20,000 bases of DNA from Chiloscyllium plagiosum (GCF_004010195.1 NC_057757.1:5621250-5641249); one strand, 5' to 3'. Positions 1 to 10,409 are shown, numbered from the stretch's first letter. Made by a program: numbers and translations. The notes: generated by a model not told the origin, from the letters alone.

Positions 1-749
1 GCCCCATCTCCCAGGCCCGTTTCCTCGACCTGTTTCTCAGGTTTGATGCTAGGCCAGCCTGACTCCCATCTTGATTTTCAGGCTTATGGCCCAGTCATAC
101 GTCCCAGTCTCAGAGTACTGTTTCCGAGGCCTGACTCCCAAATCCATCTCCCAGGCAAAACCCAGATCCAAGACAAAACAACTCCCAGATCTCCATTTCC
201 TCGGCGTGACTCCAAACGCTATCTATAAGACCTGTCTTCAAGACATGACTCCTAGATCTTTTTCCTGATCTTCTAAGACCATACTGCGGACTATTGATAG
301 ATTACCCCCACTCACCAACTTCCCAAATCTAAAATCATCTCTTCCTATCGAAACAGTGCCTTGGTTAAAGCACAAAGGTAAATAAATTCCAAATGTTCCA
401 TTCATTTCCTTCAGGTCTATCCCAATTTTCCCAGACCCATCTCCCTTTATACACCCTCCTAGACCTATCAAGCCTGGTCCAAATCTATCCCCTCAGCCCA
501 TCCTCCAGCTCTGTTTCTCAGTCCTATCTCGTGGCTATCCACCAGTCCTGTTTCTGTCCCACTATGTGGCTTTATTCGTCAGGAGTGCCCTGTCTCTTAG
601 AAATGCCCCTTCCCTAATTGTTGGCCCCTCCCTCAGCTTCTTTCCACCCGTCTGAAGCATCGACAGAGTTTAGTTTGACATGTTTGTCTGAGGTGCTTAC
701 ATTAGTCTCTTAGACAGCAGTCAATCAGACTGGAAGGACGAATTATGTA

Positions 750-868
750 GCATAGAACAGTACGGCACAGGAACGGGCCCTTTGGCCCACAATGTTGTGT
801 TGAACACAATTAAACTAATCCCTCCTGCCTGCTCTTGGTCCATATCTCTCCACTCCTTGCATTTTCAT
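750..868 (-). mobile_element. CR1-type LINE 3' end fragment
   Basis: catagaacagtacggcacaggaacgggccctttggccc is the reverse complement of the CR1/SINE 3' tail seen in several other copies in this window. Confidence 0.6.
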
Positions 869-887
869 GTTAATATTGAAAAGTTAT

Positions 888-1203
888 GGGCGGCACGGTG
901 GCACAGTGGTTAGCACTGCTGCCTCCCAGCGCCAGAGACCTGGGTTCAATTCCCGCCTCAGGCGATTGACTGTGTGGAGTTTGCACGTTCTCCCCGTGTC
1001 TGCGTGGGTTTCCTCCGGGTGCTCCGGTTTCCTCCCACAGTCCAAAGATGTGCAGGTCAGGTGAATTGGCCATGCTAAATTGCCCGTAGTGTTAGGTAAG
1101 GGGTGAATGTAGGGGTCTGGGTGGGTTGCGCTTCAGCGGGTCGGTGTGGACTTGATGGGCCAAAGGGCCTGTTTCCACACTGTAAGTAATCTAATCTAAT
1201 CTA
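888..1203 (+). mobile_element. Full-length tRNA-derived V-SINE (HE1-like)
   Basis: Pol III box A TGGCACAGTGG (899-909), box B GGTTCAATTCC (943-953), central V-domain, LINE-like tail ending in (ATCTA)3. Confidence 0.9.
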
Positions 1204-1319
1204 GTCTCCAGATCATGTGAATGAAACGTCCCTACTGATGATAAAATTATGTTCTTTTTCACAATAGGAAGAACAGAAAGCCACTCAGCCCCTCAATTTA
1301 CTTCTGCAATTCAATTTTT

Positions 1320-1750
1320 TTCAAATTCTTTTACGGCTTATGGGTGTCAGTGTTTGGTGGCAACATTTGTCGCTCGTTTCTTGAGGTGATGGGGAGTTGC
1401 CACTTTGAACAGCTGCAAGTTCCTGTGTTATACAGGGACACTTACACAGTGCCATTAGGGAGGGGATTGCAGGATTTCGACCCAGTGATACAGAAGAAAG
1501 ACTGACGTATTTCTGACTCAAGGTGGAATATGTGGCTGGTGATGCTCCCTGGGTCTGCTTCCTCCTCGATGGTAGCGGTCGTGGGGTTTGGAAGGTGCGG
1601 TTGGAGAGCTTAAGAAGCAGGAACAGTAGTGGGTCATTTAGCCCATCAAGCCATTCCAAGTGATGTGGCAAACCCAGCTACAACTCAGTGGCAGTGGTGA
1701 AGGAGTGAACGCTGGAGGTGGTGGATGAGGTGGGGCAGCTTCTTCCTGGA
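1320..1750 (-). mobile_element. Degenerate non-LTR retrotransposon 3' region
   Basis: Resembles a common elasmobranch LINE 3' end; minus-strand peptide remnant NRTFQTPRPLPSRR. Family not determined. Confidence 0.5.
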
Positions 1751-1821
1751 CCAGCACCTTAATCCCACCTACCTACCCAGACTGCGTCACCCTCCCTGAC
1801 AAAATAAAAGGTGGTACTCAC

Positions 1822-1883
1822 TGTTCGTCGTACGGTGAGTCAGAAACTTGCAGAACAGAAGCTTGGAAATCCTGGATTACTTC
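1822..1883 (-). CDS. ACTL6B: ACTL6B coding exon (exon 9 equivalent), EVIQDFQASVLQVSDSPYDE(Q)
   Basis: Not in the ORF track; read manually. ggacag acceptor, GAA GTA ATC CAG GAT TTC..., GTGAGT donor; 62 bp. EVIQ and SDSPYDE distinguish 6B from 6A (CVIQ, SDSTYDE). Confidence 0.94.
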
Positions 1884-2848
1884 CTGTCCATCCCAAAGAA
1901 AGAAGACAATTGTTCATCATCGCGCTCTGCGGACAATCAGGAATATCTCCTCTCCAGTTAAAAGCGGGAAAATTCCGAGTGGGAAATCCCATCGTGTTAT
2001 CATTTCCCCCTTCCGTTCACAGGGGTCTCACTCCCCCTATCTCACAAGGCACAGAAGACAAGCCAATACCCATGGTGAAAAAAACAGCAAGGGGGGATAT
2101 TTCTGCAATTGGACCCATCCCCATTCCACATAGGAAGCAATGGAGGCAGAGCTCACCCAGCATGCAATGCAGCCGCGAAAGCCCTCTATATTAAACCCTG
2201 ATGGTCCCTGCCCTGATGAATGGTCCTAACCCAAAACGTGGATTTTCCTGCTCCTCCGACTCTGCCTTTCCAGCTCCACTCTTTATCAACTCTGGACTTC
2301 CTCTCCACCGTCTGCAGCTCAGCACAACCCCACAACAGGACGTGGGTCTCGAATGGCCCTCCACAACCCCACGCACCCCACATTCCCGCCTCCCAGTGTC
2401 TGTCCTTTGGGTGGGATTCAAGACATTGTGTGCCGGTGGGCTACTCAACCAGGCATGGCCTGGAGCCTCCACAAATCAAAGATCGACCTCTAGGACCCCA
2501 TAGCAGGCTAAGCCCCGGGGGGAAAAAAAAACCAAAGAGAGTTTTCAAACTTTTACAATTTGTTGCGTCTGAAAATATTCACGGACAAGGAGAGGCCGTT
2601 TCACGTGAATCATCCGATTGGATAAACTGAAACTCTTTGTGCGTTTCAATTGGTTAGAGAGGAGGTGGGGTGCAGTGAAAATAGATGTCTCGGGCAGCCA
2701 ATGGCATCATGTTAGAGGCAGGGCAGTTGGGAACAGGAAGGTCATGTGATTGAAACTTGTGAGGTGAGACACCTGCCAACATGCCCTCCAACCCTTTCAC
2801 CGCCCCCACCCCCCCCCCCCCCCAAACCGAGGGTCTGGTCTGACCTAC

Positions 2849-2938
2849 GTTGCACATGTAATTGTGCCAGGATTTGGTGACGTAGCAGATCTTCTCCTTT
2901 CTCTTCCAATTCGGTGACGCACCTTCCCGAACGGGCTC
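2849..2938 (-). CDS. ACTL6B: ACTL6B coding exon (exon 8 equivalent), [30 protein letters not shown]
   Basis: ggtacag acceptor and GTAGGT donor; 90 bp, phase 0-0. EPVREGA and KSWHNYMCN are 6B-type. Confidence 0.93.
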
Positions 2939-3103
2939 CTGTACCAGTGAAAAGATGGAGCAGAGTCGGCCACCATCCCAACCTTTCAGCATAGAATCCC
3001 TACAGTGCGGAAGCAGGCCACTCAGCCCATCAAATCCACAGTGACCCTCTGAAGGGCGTCCCACCCAGACCCACCCCATCCTTGAAACCCTGCACTTCCC
3101 AAC

Positions 3104-3666
3104 GGCCAATCCACCCTAACCTGCACATCCCTGGACACTATGAGACAATTTATCATGGCCAATCCACCCTAACCTGCACATCCTGGGCACTATGGGTAAT
3201 TTAGCACGGCCAATCCACCCTAACCTACACATCCTGGGCACTATGGGTAATTTAGCACGGCCAATCCACCCTAACCTACACATCCTGGGCACTATGGGTA
3301 ATTTAGCACGGCCAATCCACCCTAACCTACACATCCTGGGCACTATGGGTAATTTAGCACGGCCAATCCACCCTAACCTACACATCCTGGGCACTATGGG
3401 TAATTTAGCACGGCCAATCCACCCTAACCTACACATCCTGGGCACTATGGGTAATTTAGCACGGCCAATCCACCCTAACCTACACATCCTGGGCACTATG
3501 GGTAATTTAGCACGGCCAATCCACCCTAACCTACACATCCTGGGCACTATGGGTAATTTAGCACGGCCAATCCACCCTAACCTACACATCCTGGGCACTA
3601 TGGGTAATTTAGCACGGCCAATCCACCCTAACCTACACATCCTGGGCACTATGGGTAATTTAGCAC
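3104..3666. repeat. 51-bp tandem array derived from SINE V-domain (2 diverged plus 9 identical copies)
   Basis: Unit GGCCAATCCACCCTAACCTACACATCCTGGGCACTATGGGTAATTTAGCAC. The identical copies span 3208-3666 and stop at the gap. The reverse complement resembles 1047-1092 of the SINE. Confidence 0.95.
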
Positions 3667-4336
3667 NNNNNNNNNNNNNNNNNNNNNNNNNNNNNNNNNN
3701 NNNNNNNNNNNNNNNNNNNNNNNNNNNNNNNNNNNNNNNNNNNNNNNNNNNNNNNNNNNNNNNNNNNNNNNNNNNNNNNNNNNNNNNNNNNNNNNNNNNN
3801 NNNNNNNNNNNNNNNNNNNNNNNNNNNNNNNNNNNNNNNNNNNNNNNNNNNNNNNNNNNNNNNNNNNNNNNNNNNNNNNNNNNNNNNNNNNNNNNNNNNN
3901 NNNNNNNNNNNNNNNNNNNNNNNNNNNNNNNNNNNNNNNNNNNNNNNNNNNNNNNNNNNNNNNNNNNNNNNNNNNNNNNNNNNNNNNNNNNNNNNNNNNN
4001 NNNNNNNNNNNNNNNNNNNNNNNNNNNNNNNNNNNNNNNNNNNNNNNNNNNNNNNNNNNNNNNNNNNNNNNNNNNNNNNNNNNNNNNNNNNNNNNNNNNN
4101 NNNNNNNNNNNNNNNNNNNNNNNNNNNNNNNNNNNNNNNNNNNNNNNNNNNNNNNNNNNNNNNNNNNNNNNNNNNNNNNNNNNNNNNNNNNNNNNNNNNN
4201 NNNNNNNNNNNNNNNNNNNNNNNNNNNNNNNNNNNNNNNNNNNNNNNNNNNNNNNNNNNNNNNNNNNNNNNNNNNNNNNNNNNNNNNNNNNNNNNNNNNN
4301 NNNNNNNNNNNNNNNNNNNNNNNNNNNNNNNNNNNN
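3667..4336. other. Assembly gap (670 N)
   Basis: Run of N. Confidence 1.
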
Positions 4337-4847
4337 ATCAGCAAATTTGCTAATGTTACTATTAATACCATCTTTTATATCATTAATATATATTGTAAAA
4401 AGCTGCGGTCCCAGCACTGATCCCTGCGGTACCCCACTGGTCACTGCCTGCCATTCCGAAATGGAGCCGTTTATCACTACTCTTTGTTTCCTGTCAGCCA
4501 ACCAACTTTCAATCCAAGTTAGTACTTTGCCCCCAATACCATGCACCCTAATTTTGCTCACTAACCTCCTATGTTTTCTGAAAGCTTTCTGAAAGTCCAG
4601 GTACACTACATCTACTGGATCTCCCTCGTCCATCTTCAAGAAGATTAGTCAAGCATGATTTCCCCTTCATAAATCCATGCTGACTCTGACCAATCCTGTT
4701 ACTACTATTCCAGATGTGTCGTAATTTCATCCTTTATAATAGACTCCAGCATCTTTCCCACCACTGAGGTCAGATTAACTGGTCTATAATTTCCTGTTTT
4801 CTCTCTCCCACCTTTCTTAAAAAGTGGTACAACATTAGCCACCCTCC
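4337..4847 (-). mobile_element. CR1 LINE ORF2 reverse transcriptase fragment, disrupted
   Basis: DVVYLDFQKAF, SGVPQGSVLGP, FTIYIND and ISKFAD motifs; deletion at the KAFDKVPH motif. Confidence 0.92.
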
Positions 4848-4852
4848 ACACG

Positions 4853-5155
4853 ATGGGGCAATTTAGCACGGCCAATCCACCCTAACCTGTACAACCTTGG
4901 GCACTATGGGTAATTTAGCACGGCCAATCCACCCTAACCTGCACATCCCTGGGCACTATGGGTAATTTAGCACGGCCAATCCACCCTAACCTGCACACCC
5001 CTGGACACTATGGGTAATTTAGCATGGCCAATCTACCCTAACCTGCTCATCCCTGAACACCATGGGTAATTTAGCATGACTAATCGACCTAGCCTGCACA
5101 TCTGTGGACGCTACGGGGCAATTTCTTATGGCCAATCCATCCTAATCTGCACATC
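4853..5155. repeat. Diverged 51-52-bp SINE-derived tandem units (about 6 copies)
   Basis: Same unit as 3104-3666 with substitutions; runs into the SINE head. Confidence 0.9.
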
Positions 5156-5317
5156 TTCAGGCTGTGGGAGGAAACCGGAGCACCCGGAGGAAACCCACGC
5201 AGACACAGGGAGAATGTGCAAACTCCACACAGACAGCTGCCCGAGGCTGGAATTGAACCTGGGACCCTGGCGCTGTGAGGCAGCAGTGTTAACCACTGAG
5301 CCGCCATGCCGCCCTGA

Positions 5318-5490
5318 ATCTTCAACCCTGTGGAATTCTCTGCCACAAAAAGCATCTGAAGCCAAAGCATTGAATGTTCTCAGGACTAAAGAGATCAAAG
5401 GGTATGGGGAGTAACTGGGGAACAAGGTGCTGAGTATTGAATGGTGGAGCAGGTTTGAAGGGCTGAATGGCCTATTCCTGCTTCAACTTC
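5318..5490 (+). mobile_element. CR1 LINE 3' end fragment
   Basis: LWNSLPQKASEAKALNV remnant and tail ttgaagggctgaatggcctattcctgct. Confidence 0.7.
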
Positions 5491-5544
5491 CTGTGGAACC
5501 TTTTAGCTCAGATCACCACTGCTTCAGCCTTATTGTAGGGATAT

Positions 5545-5832
5545 GGTTGATAATGGCCTTATTACTGAAATGGCAACACCGGAGCCTGGGCTAGAGGTTC
5601 TGTGACTGTTCAATACCCACCCGAGCAACTGGGGAAAGTTTAAATTAAATAACTCTGGAATAAAAGGCTCACCTCACTGAAAGTGATCGTGAAGCTAACA
5701 GACTGTTGTTAAAATCCATTTGGTTCACCAGTGCCCTTTGGGGAAAGGAAATCTGCTCTCCTTACCTAGTCTGGCCAACATACGACCCCTGACCAATAGA
5801 AATGTGGTTGACTCCTAAACAGCCTCTGAAAT
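5545..5832 (+). mobile_element. Second, older SINE family (degenerate)
   Basis: Shares ggttcac...ggaaagga...tccttacc..gtctggcc with 17263-17590 and, reversed, with 10410-11358. Confidence 0.6.
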
Positions 5833-5839
5833 AGAGTCA

Positions 5840-6510
5840 GAGAGTCATACAGCACAGAAACAGACCCTTCGGCCCATGCCGACCATAATCCCAGATTAAA
5901 CTCGTCCCACCTTGGCCCATATCCCTTTAAACACTTCCCATTTATGAACTTACCTAAATGCCTTTTAAACATTGTAACCGTACCCGCATCCACCACTTCC
6001 TATGAAAGGTCATTCCACACATGAACCACTCTCTAAATAAATTGTCTTTTTTTAGATCTTTCTCCTCTCACCTTAAAAATACGTCCCCTAGTCTTGAAAT
6101 CCACCACCCTAGGGAATAGACATCTGCCATTCACCTTATCTATACCCCTCAAGATCTTATAAATCTCGATTAAGGTCGCCCTTCAACACTCCAGTGAAAA
6201 AACTCCCAGCCTATCCAGCCTCTCCCTTACAACTCAAATCTTCCATTCCCTGATAAATCTCTTCTGAACCCTTTCCAGCTTAATAATATCCTTCCTATAA
6301 CAGGGTGAACACAACTGTGCTCAAACTTCCAGAATAGGCTTCACCATCGTCCTGTACAACTTCAACATAATGTCTCAACTCCTATACTCCAAGGACTGAA
6401 CAATGAAGCATGCTAAATGCCTTTGACCCAGTCCATCTGAATGCACTCTGATGCATACGTCAAAGAATTATCTACCTGAGCCCCTCAGTCTCTCTGTTCT
6501 ATAGCACTAC
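5840..6510 (-). mobile_element. CR1 LINE 3' portion
   Basis: Minus-strand remnant VVDAGTVTMFKRHLGKFINGKCLKGYGP and a CR1 tail at about 5840-5900. Confidence 0.8.
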
Positions 6511-6751
6511 CTGAGATTGGCTGGGAAAACGACTCTGTTCAAAGCGCTGCTAGACTTGCCAGCAAAAAAATGCAGTGACGCAAACAAAACAAAAATTCCC
6601 ACGATCTTAACTGGAGTTGCCAACATTCCCAGTTTGTAACTCAACAGGAGCAGGCCATTCATCCCCTCCAACCTGTTCTGACATTCATTGAGTTTATAGA
6701 TGATCTGTGCCTCAACCCGTCGTCCCACAATTGCTCCATACTCCTCAATAC

Positions 6752-7684
6752 TGTAAGAATGTACAGAGGAACATCGATTATCCGGTATTCGATTATCCAA
6801 ATATCGGATTATCCGGCAACATCGCAAGGTCCTGATGCTCGGCTCAACTATGTTATCCAGCATTCAATTATCTGGAATTCGATTAACCAAACCAAATACT
6901 CCCCTGCCAGTGTCCTTTAGATAGTTGAAGTTCCTCTGTATAACTTTAAATTGAATATTTTTTTCTATTTTATGTGTTAAAAAGTGGGAGATGTGGTTTT
7001 AGTCTCATCTTTGAGTGTACTTATGGATTTGCCCTGGGGTATCTGGAGGTCTGTTTTGTTTCCATGCATTTCAATGAGACAAACCCTTGAGGTGAACAGC
7101 TCAGTGTAGTAGAAAGAAGGTAGAGGGGGAAAACTCTGCTGTCGAGTCTAGCGTCAGGGTCCAGTGGAGACAGAGAACGGTCGCAAAAGTGGCTCAATGT
7201 GGTGTATGCCAAAGAGTGAAAGATTTTCTGCACCCTAAGTTCAGGGAACTTAAGCTGTCACTTTGAGTGAAGTTTGCAGTTTGTTTTAGTCATCCTGGGG
7301 ACAGACACTAGACAACGGGAAAATATCATGTAGTGATTGCAGAAATTCATCGAAAGGAAACTGGTTACAGCTGTACCTGCATGAGCCTGAGCAGGGAGCC
7401 ACTGTGTGAAAATGGTGATATCACTTTTCTGAAGTTTTGTTGTTTGTGAGGATATTGCTGGGGTAAAATGAATGATGCAAACTCGAATCCTTTAATATAG
7501 TTAATATGTGGTGTAATATAGTTTGTGTGTTTATTCTGACTTAATAAACAATTTAATTCTTTCAGTTAAATGTGTAAATGTTTTCAGTTACTGATTTCTA
7601 CGGTTATTAAAAGAATTAGCATTTACAAGGTTTCACTCTGGGATCGGACTTGTCCAGTGTTAACATCAACTGCGATCATTAATA
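6752..7684 (+). mobile_element. Probable solo LTR carrying the MITE near its left end
   Basis: Begins TGTAAG, AATAAA near 7543, LTR-like right end gggatcggacttgtccagtgttaacatcaactgcgatcattaata; it splits a CR1 tail. No clean TSD or terminal CA. Confidence 0.45.
6764..6938. mobile_element. Tc1/mariner (pogo/Tigger-like) MITE, 175 bp
   Basis: TA at 6762-6763 and 6939-6940; TIRs CAGAGGAAC.../...GTTCCTCTG; internal ATTCGATTATCC-like repeats. Confidence 0.85.
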
Positions 7685-7802
7685 ATGTCCTTACCCAATC
7701 AATATTATCCATCTCAGACTTAAATGTTCCACATAATACAGTCCTGAGTAACACCAGCTTTTTGGAAAACACTCTAGATTTCTATTGCACGTTGCATGGA
7801 TA

Positions 7803-8285
7803 GCTTAACCCCTCCCTGGGTATCTGTATTTGATTATCTAAACTATCCGAACCCCTCACTTAAATTCCAGTCTGTAATTCACTCTGGGTATCTGCAATTG
7901 TATATACAAACCTCCCCAAATCCTCAATTAGATTCCAGTCTGTAACCATGTCTGGGTATCTGTTATTCTACATATAAATCACCCTGAACCCTTCAATTAG
8001 ATTCCAGTCTGTAACTCATGTCTGGGTATCTGTTATTGTATATACAAATCCCCCAAATCCTCGATTAGATTCCAGTCTGTAACTCACTCCTGGGTAAATG
8101 TTATTTTACATATAAACCACCCTGAACCCTTCAATTAGATTCCAGTCTGTAACTCATGTTTGGGTATCTGTTATTCTACATATAAATCACCCTGAACCCT
8201 TCAATTATATTCCAGTCTGTAGCTCACTTCCAGGTATCTGTTATTGTATATTATTGAGTATATAACCCCCCCAAATCCTTTGATG
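7803..8285. repeat. 67-70-bp tandem repeat, about 7 copies
   Basis: Unit approximately CTGGGTATCTGTTATTCTACATATAAATCACCCTGAACCCTTCAATTAGATTCCAGTCTGTAACTCATGT. Confidence 0.9.
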
Positions 8286-8362
8286 AGACCTCTGTTGATA
8301 ACCCACTCCAGGCCAATGCTTATTCTCTTGTCCTGCTGCCATCGCCCTCGTGTGTTACTTAC

Positions 8363-8469
8363 CTTCGAGGCGATTGTGTAAGGCGGAGTGATTTCCATGT
8401 TCATTTCCTGGAACAGCTCCCGGCACTGCATCGAGATGAAATCACCAGCCAGGGGAGACTTGACAATGC
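8363..8469 (-). CDS. ACTL6B: ACTL6B coding exon (exon 7 equivalent), (G)[35 protein letters not shown]
   Basis: tttcctccag acceptor and GTAAGT donor; 107 bp; phase-compatible. DFISMQ is 6B-type. Confidence 0.95.
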
Positions 8470-8970
8470 CTGGAGGAAACAAAGACGTGAGACCTCATCG
8501 GGAGCTGGGGTGGCTAACACTGACTTCAGGGAGTCTGGACTGAGAGGTGGCAAAGAGGCCAAACTACCAGCCTGGGTTCCCAATGCCGTTCAGGGAGCCC
8601 AGCAGAATGAAGTCAATTTACCAAGTGATGGCAGCCACAATTCCCACAATCCCCCTGTGTTCCCAGAATCCACCATTCTTGTTCCCCTAGGATTCGCTGC
8701 ACGAGTTCCTCTTCAGGTCATCCTGTGAGCTGGGTAATGTGAAGGTACTGTAAAGAAGTGTACACCTTACTGTCACTGCTGTAAGAAATGGATGGACGTT
8801 GGTCAGCTTTTCGGTCAACTTTATGATGCGCTCATCTGACCCCAGTGGCAGGAGTGTGACCAGTTCTGGTCGCCACATTTTTCAAAAGTTGTGAAGACTT
8901 TGGAGAAGGTGAAAGGGAGACTGATGAGACTAGTACCAAAGAGGGGAGGGAATCGAGTTATGTGGAGGTA

Positions 8971-9437
8971 CGGGTCGTTCTGCTATAAAGCACGTTTTGT
9001 GAACGCAGACTCAGTGTAACGCGACTGACGAATCGGGGACACTGCAAACTTGTAAAGTGTGTGTTGGCTGTAACGCAATTTCATCACCAAAACTTTAAGT
9101 GCTGTTTCTAAAGTGTGATCTTTCAATAGCTCAGGGTTGCACGAGAACACAGCCTTTGTGTTACAGAAGAGTTAGCGTCCCTACAGCGTGGAAACAGGCC
9201 AACCAGTCCACACCGACCCTCCAAAGAGTAACCCACCCTGATCCATTTCCCTCTGACTAACGCACCTAACACAATGGGCAATTTAGCACGGCCAATCCAC
9301 CCTAACCTGCACACGTTTAGGCTGTGGGAGGAAGCCCATAGGGAGAATGTGCAAACTCCACACAGACAGTCGCCCGAGGCTGGAATCGAACCCGGGTCCC
9401 TGGCGCTGTGGGGCAGCAGTGCTAACCACTGAGCCTG
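8971..9437. mobile_element. Tigger-like MITE interrupted by a SINE
   Basis: TA at 8969-8970 and 9438-9439; left end CGGGTCGTTCTGCTATAA; right end split into GTTACAGAAGA (to 9170) and CCTG (to 9437). Confidence 0.6.
9171..9434 (-). mobile_element. HE1-like V-SINE, slightly 5'-truncated and internally deleted
   Basis: Reverse complement matches 888-1203, including box B GGTTCGATTCC, the V-domain and the tail. Confidence 0.88.
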
Positions 9438-9951
9438 TACTGGGGAAGCTGGGCCTGTCGAAACAACCACACCGTTTCACGGATCGGAGAACCTTCCGGC
9501 ACTGGAGGAGGTGGTTAGGCCCACTGTGCAAGAGCAGCTCACTCTCCTGACCTCCCTCCACGGACCTGCACAGTCCTGATATTAACCCTGTGCTCTCTCG
9601 ATTGAAGCTGCCTCCACTGCACCCTCAGGCGGCAGGTTCCAGATTGGGACCACTCTGCGTGGCATTGTTCCAGGGTCTTAACGCTGTTCAAGGGCAATTG
9701 TTCAAGGCAGCTGAACGTCCTCATGCCTGCAGCCACTCCCATTTCCTCTCTCCATCTTTTTTTTTAAGAAGTGCACTCAGATGTCTGCCTGAGGCGTTAT
9801 CTAATGTTTTCTGAAGGTTCACAATCACCCTTTGCTTTTATGGGGGTGTTTATAAAGCCTTGGATTCCTTATGGCTCGGTAGCTACTCGCTTCACCCGCC
9901 ACCTTCGGTTATTTATGGGCCCAGGTGCCTCTGATGTTGGACACCATTTAG

Positions 9952-10150
9952 AAAGTTAAAACTCACACAACACCAGGTTATAGTCCAACAGGTTTAATTG
10001 GAAGCACACTAGCTTTCGGAGCGCCGCTCCTTCATCAGGTGACGCTCCGAAAGCTAGTGTGCTTCCAATTAAACCTGTTGGACTATAACCTGGTGTTGTG
10101 TGATTTTTAACTTTGTCCACCCCAGTCCAACACCGGCGCCTCCAAATCAT
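9952..10150. mobile_element. Penelope-like element terminal remnant with 72-bp inverted repeat
   Basis: Arms 9952-10023 and 10043-10114 have one mismatch and a 19-nt loop; CTGATGA...GAAA motif on the minus strand. Confidence 0.75.
10007..10041 (-). ncRNA. Minimal type I hammerhead-ribozyme-like motif
   Basis: CAC-CUGAUGA-A-GGAGC(GGC)GCUCC-GAAA-GC-UA-GUG: core boxes, 5-bp stem II, palindromic AGCU in place of stem III, 3-bp stem I. Confidence 0.55.
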
Positions 10151-10409
10151 GACCGTTTAGAAACGCACCCTTCAGTTTATATTGCCTTTTCCCGTTCTTC
10201 CATCAAGGAAGAAGATGCTGCTCAAGTTATAGAGATAGAGGCAGTAATTCAGGCCCTCGACGGGGTTAAAATCCATGAGTTACTGGATGGGCTGTCCGTA
10301 CAAACAGTGGATAAGGCTCCACTGGACGACATCAACATTTCTGTGGTTGTGAATCATTTTGACCTTCCCTGCATTAACCTGTGCTGCTGAACTCTGATTT
10401 GGCCTCAGA

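Larger units (their letters stand above)
2989..5314 (-). mobile_element. HE1-like SINE with internally amplified V-domain segment, interrupted by a gap and a CR1 fragment
   Basis: Head with box A/B at about 5150-5314 and 3' tail at 2989-3100, both on the minus strand; 51-bp units lie between them on both sides of the interruption. Confidence 0.75.

Noticed and set aside
888..960. tRNA gene
   Set aside because: The box A/B region continues directly into SINE body and tail; similar heads recur at about 5240-5314, 9370-9434 and 18060-18136.
1..1821. Next ACTL6B exon (VAAQMPTVHYE...)
   Set aside because: No matching sequence found by eye; it presumably lies beyond the left edge of the window.
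2530..2645. Weak inverted repeat (caaagagagttttca / tgaaactctttg) and a CACGTG E-box
   Set aside because: Too short and imperfect to support a MITE or regulatory call.
3116..4639. 507-aa reverse transcriptase fused to a 17-aa repeat (and the 466- and 240-aa ORFs), suggesting an RT-plus-array system
   Set aside because: The ORFs read through 670 N. The RT is a deleted CR1 fragment and the array is SINE-derived.
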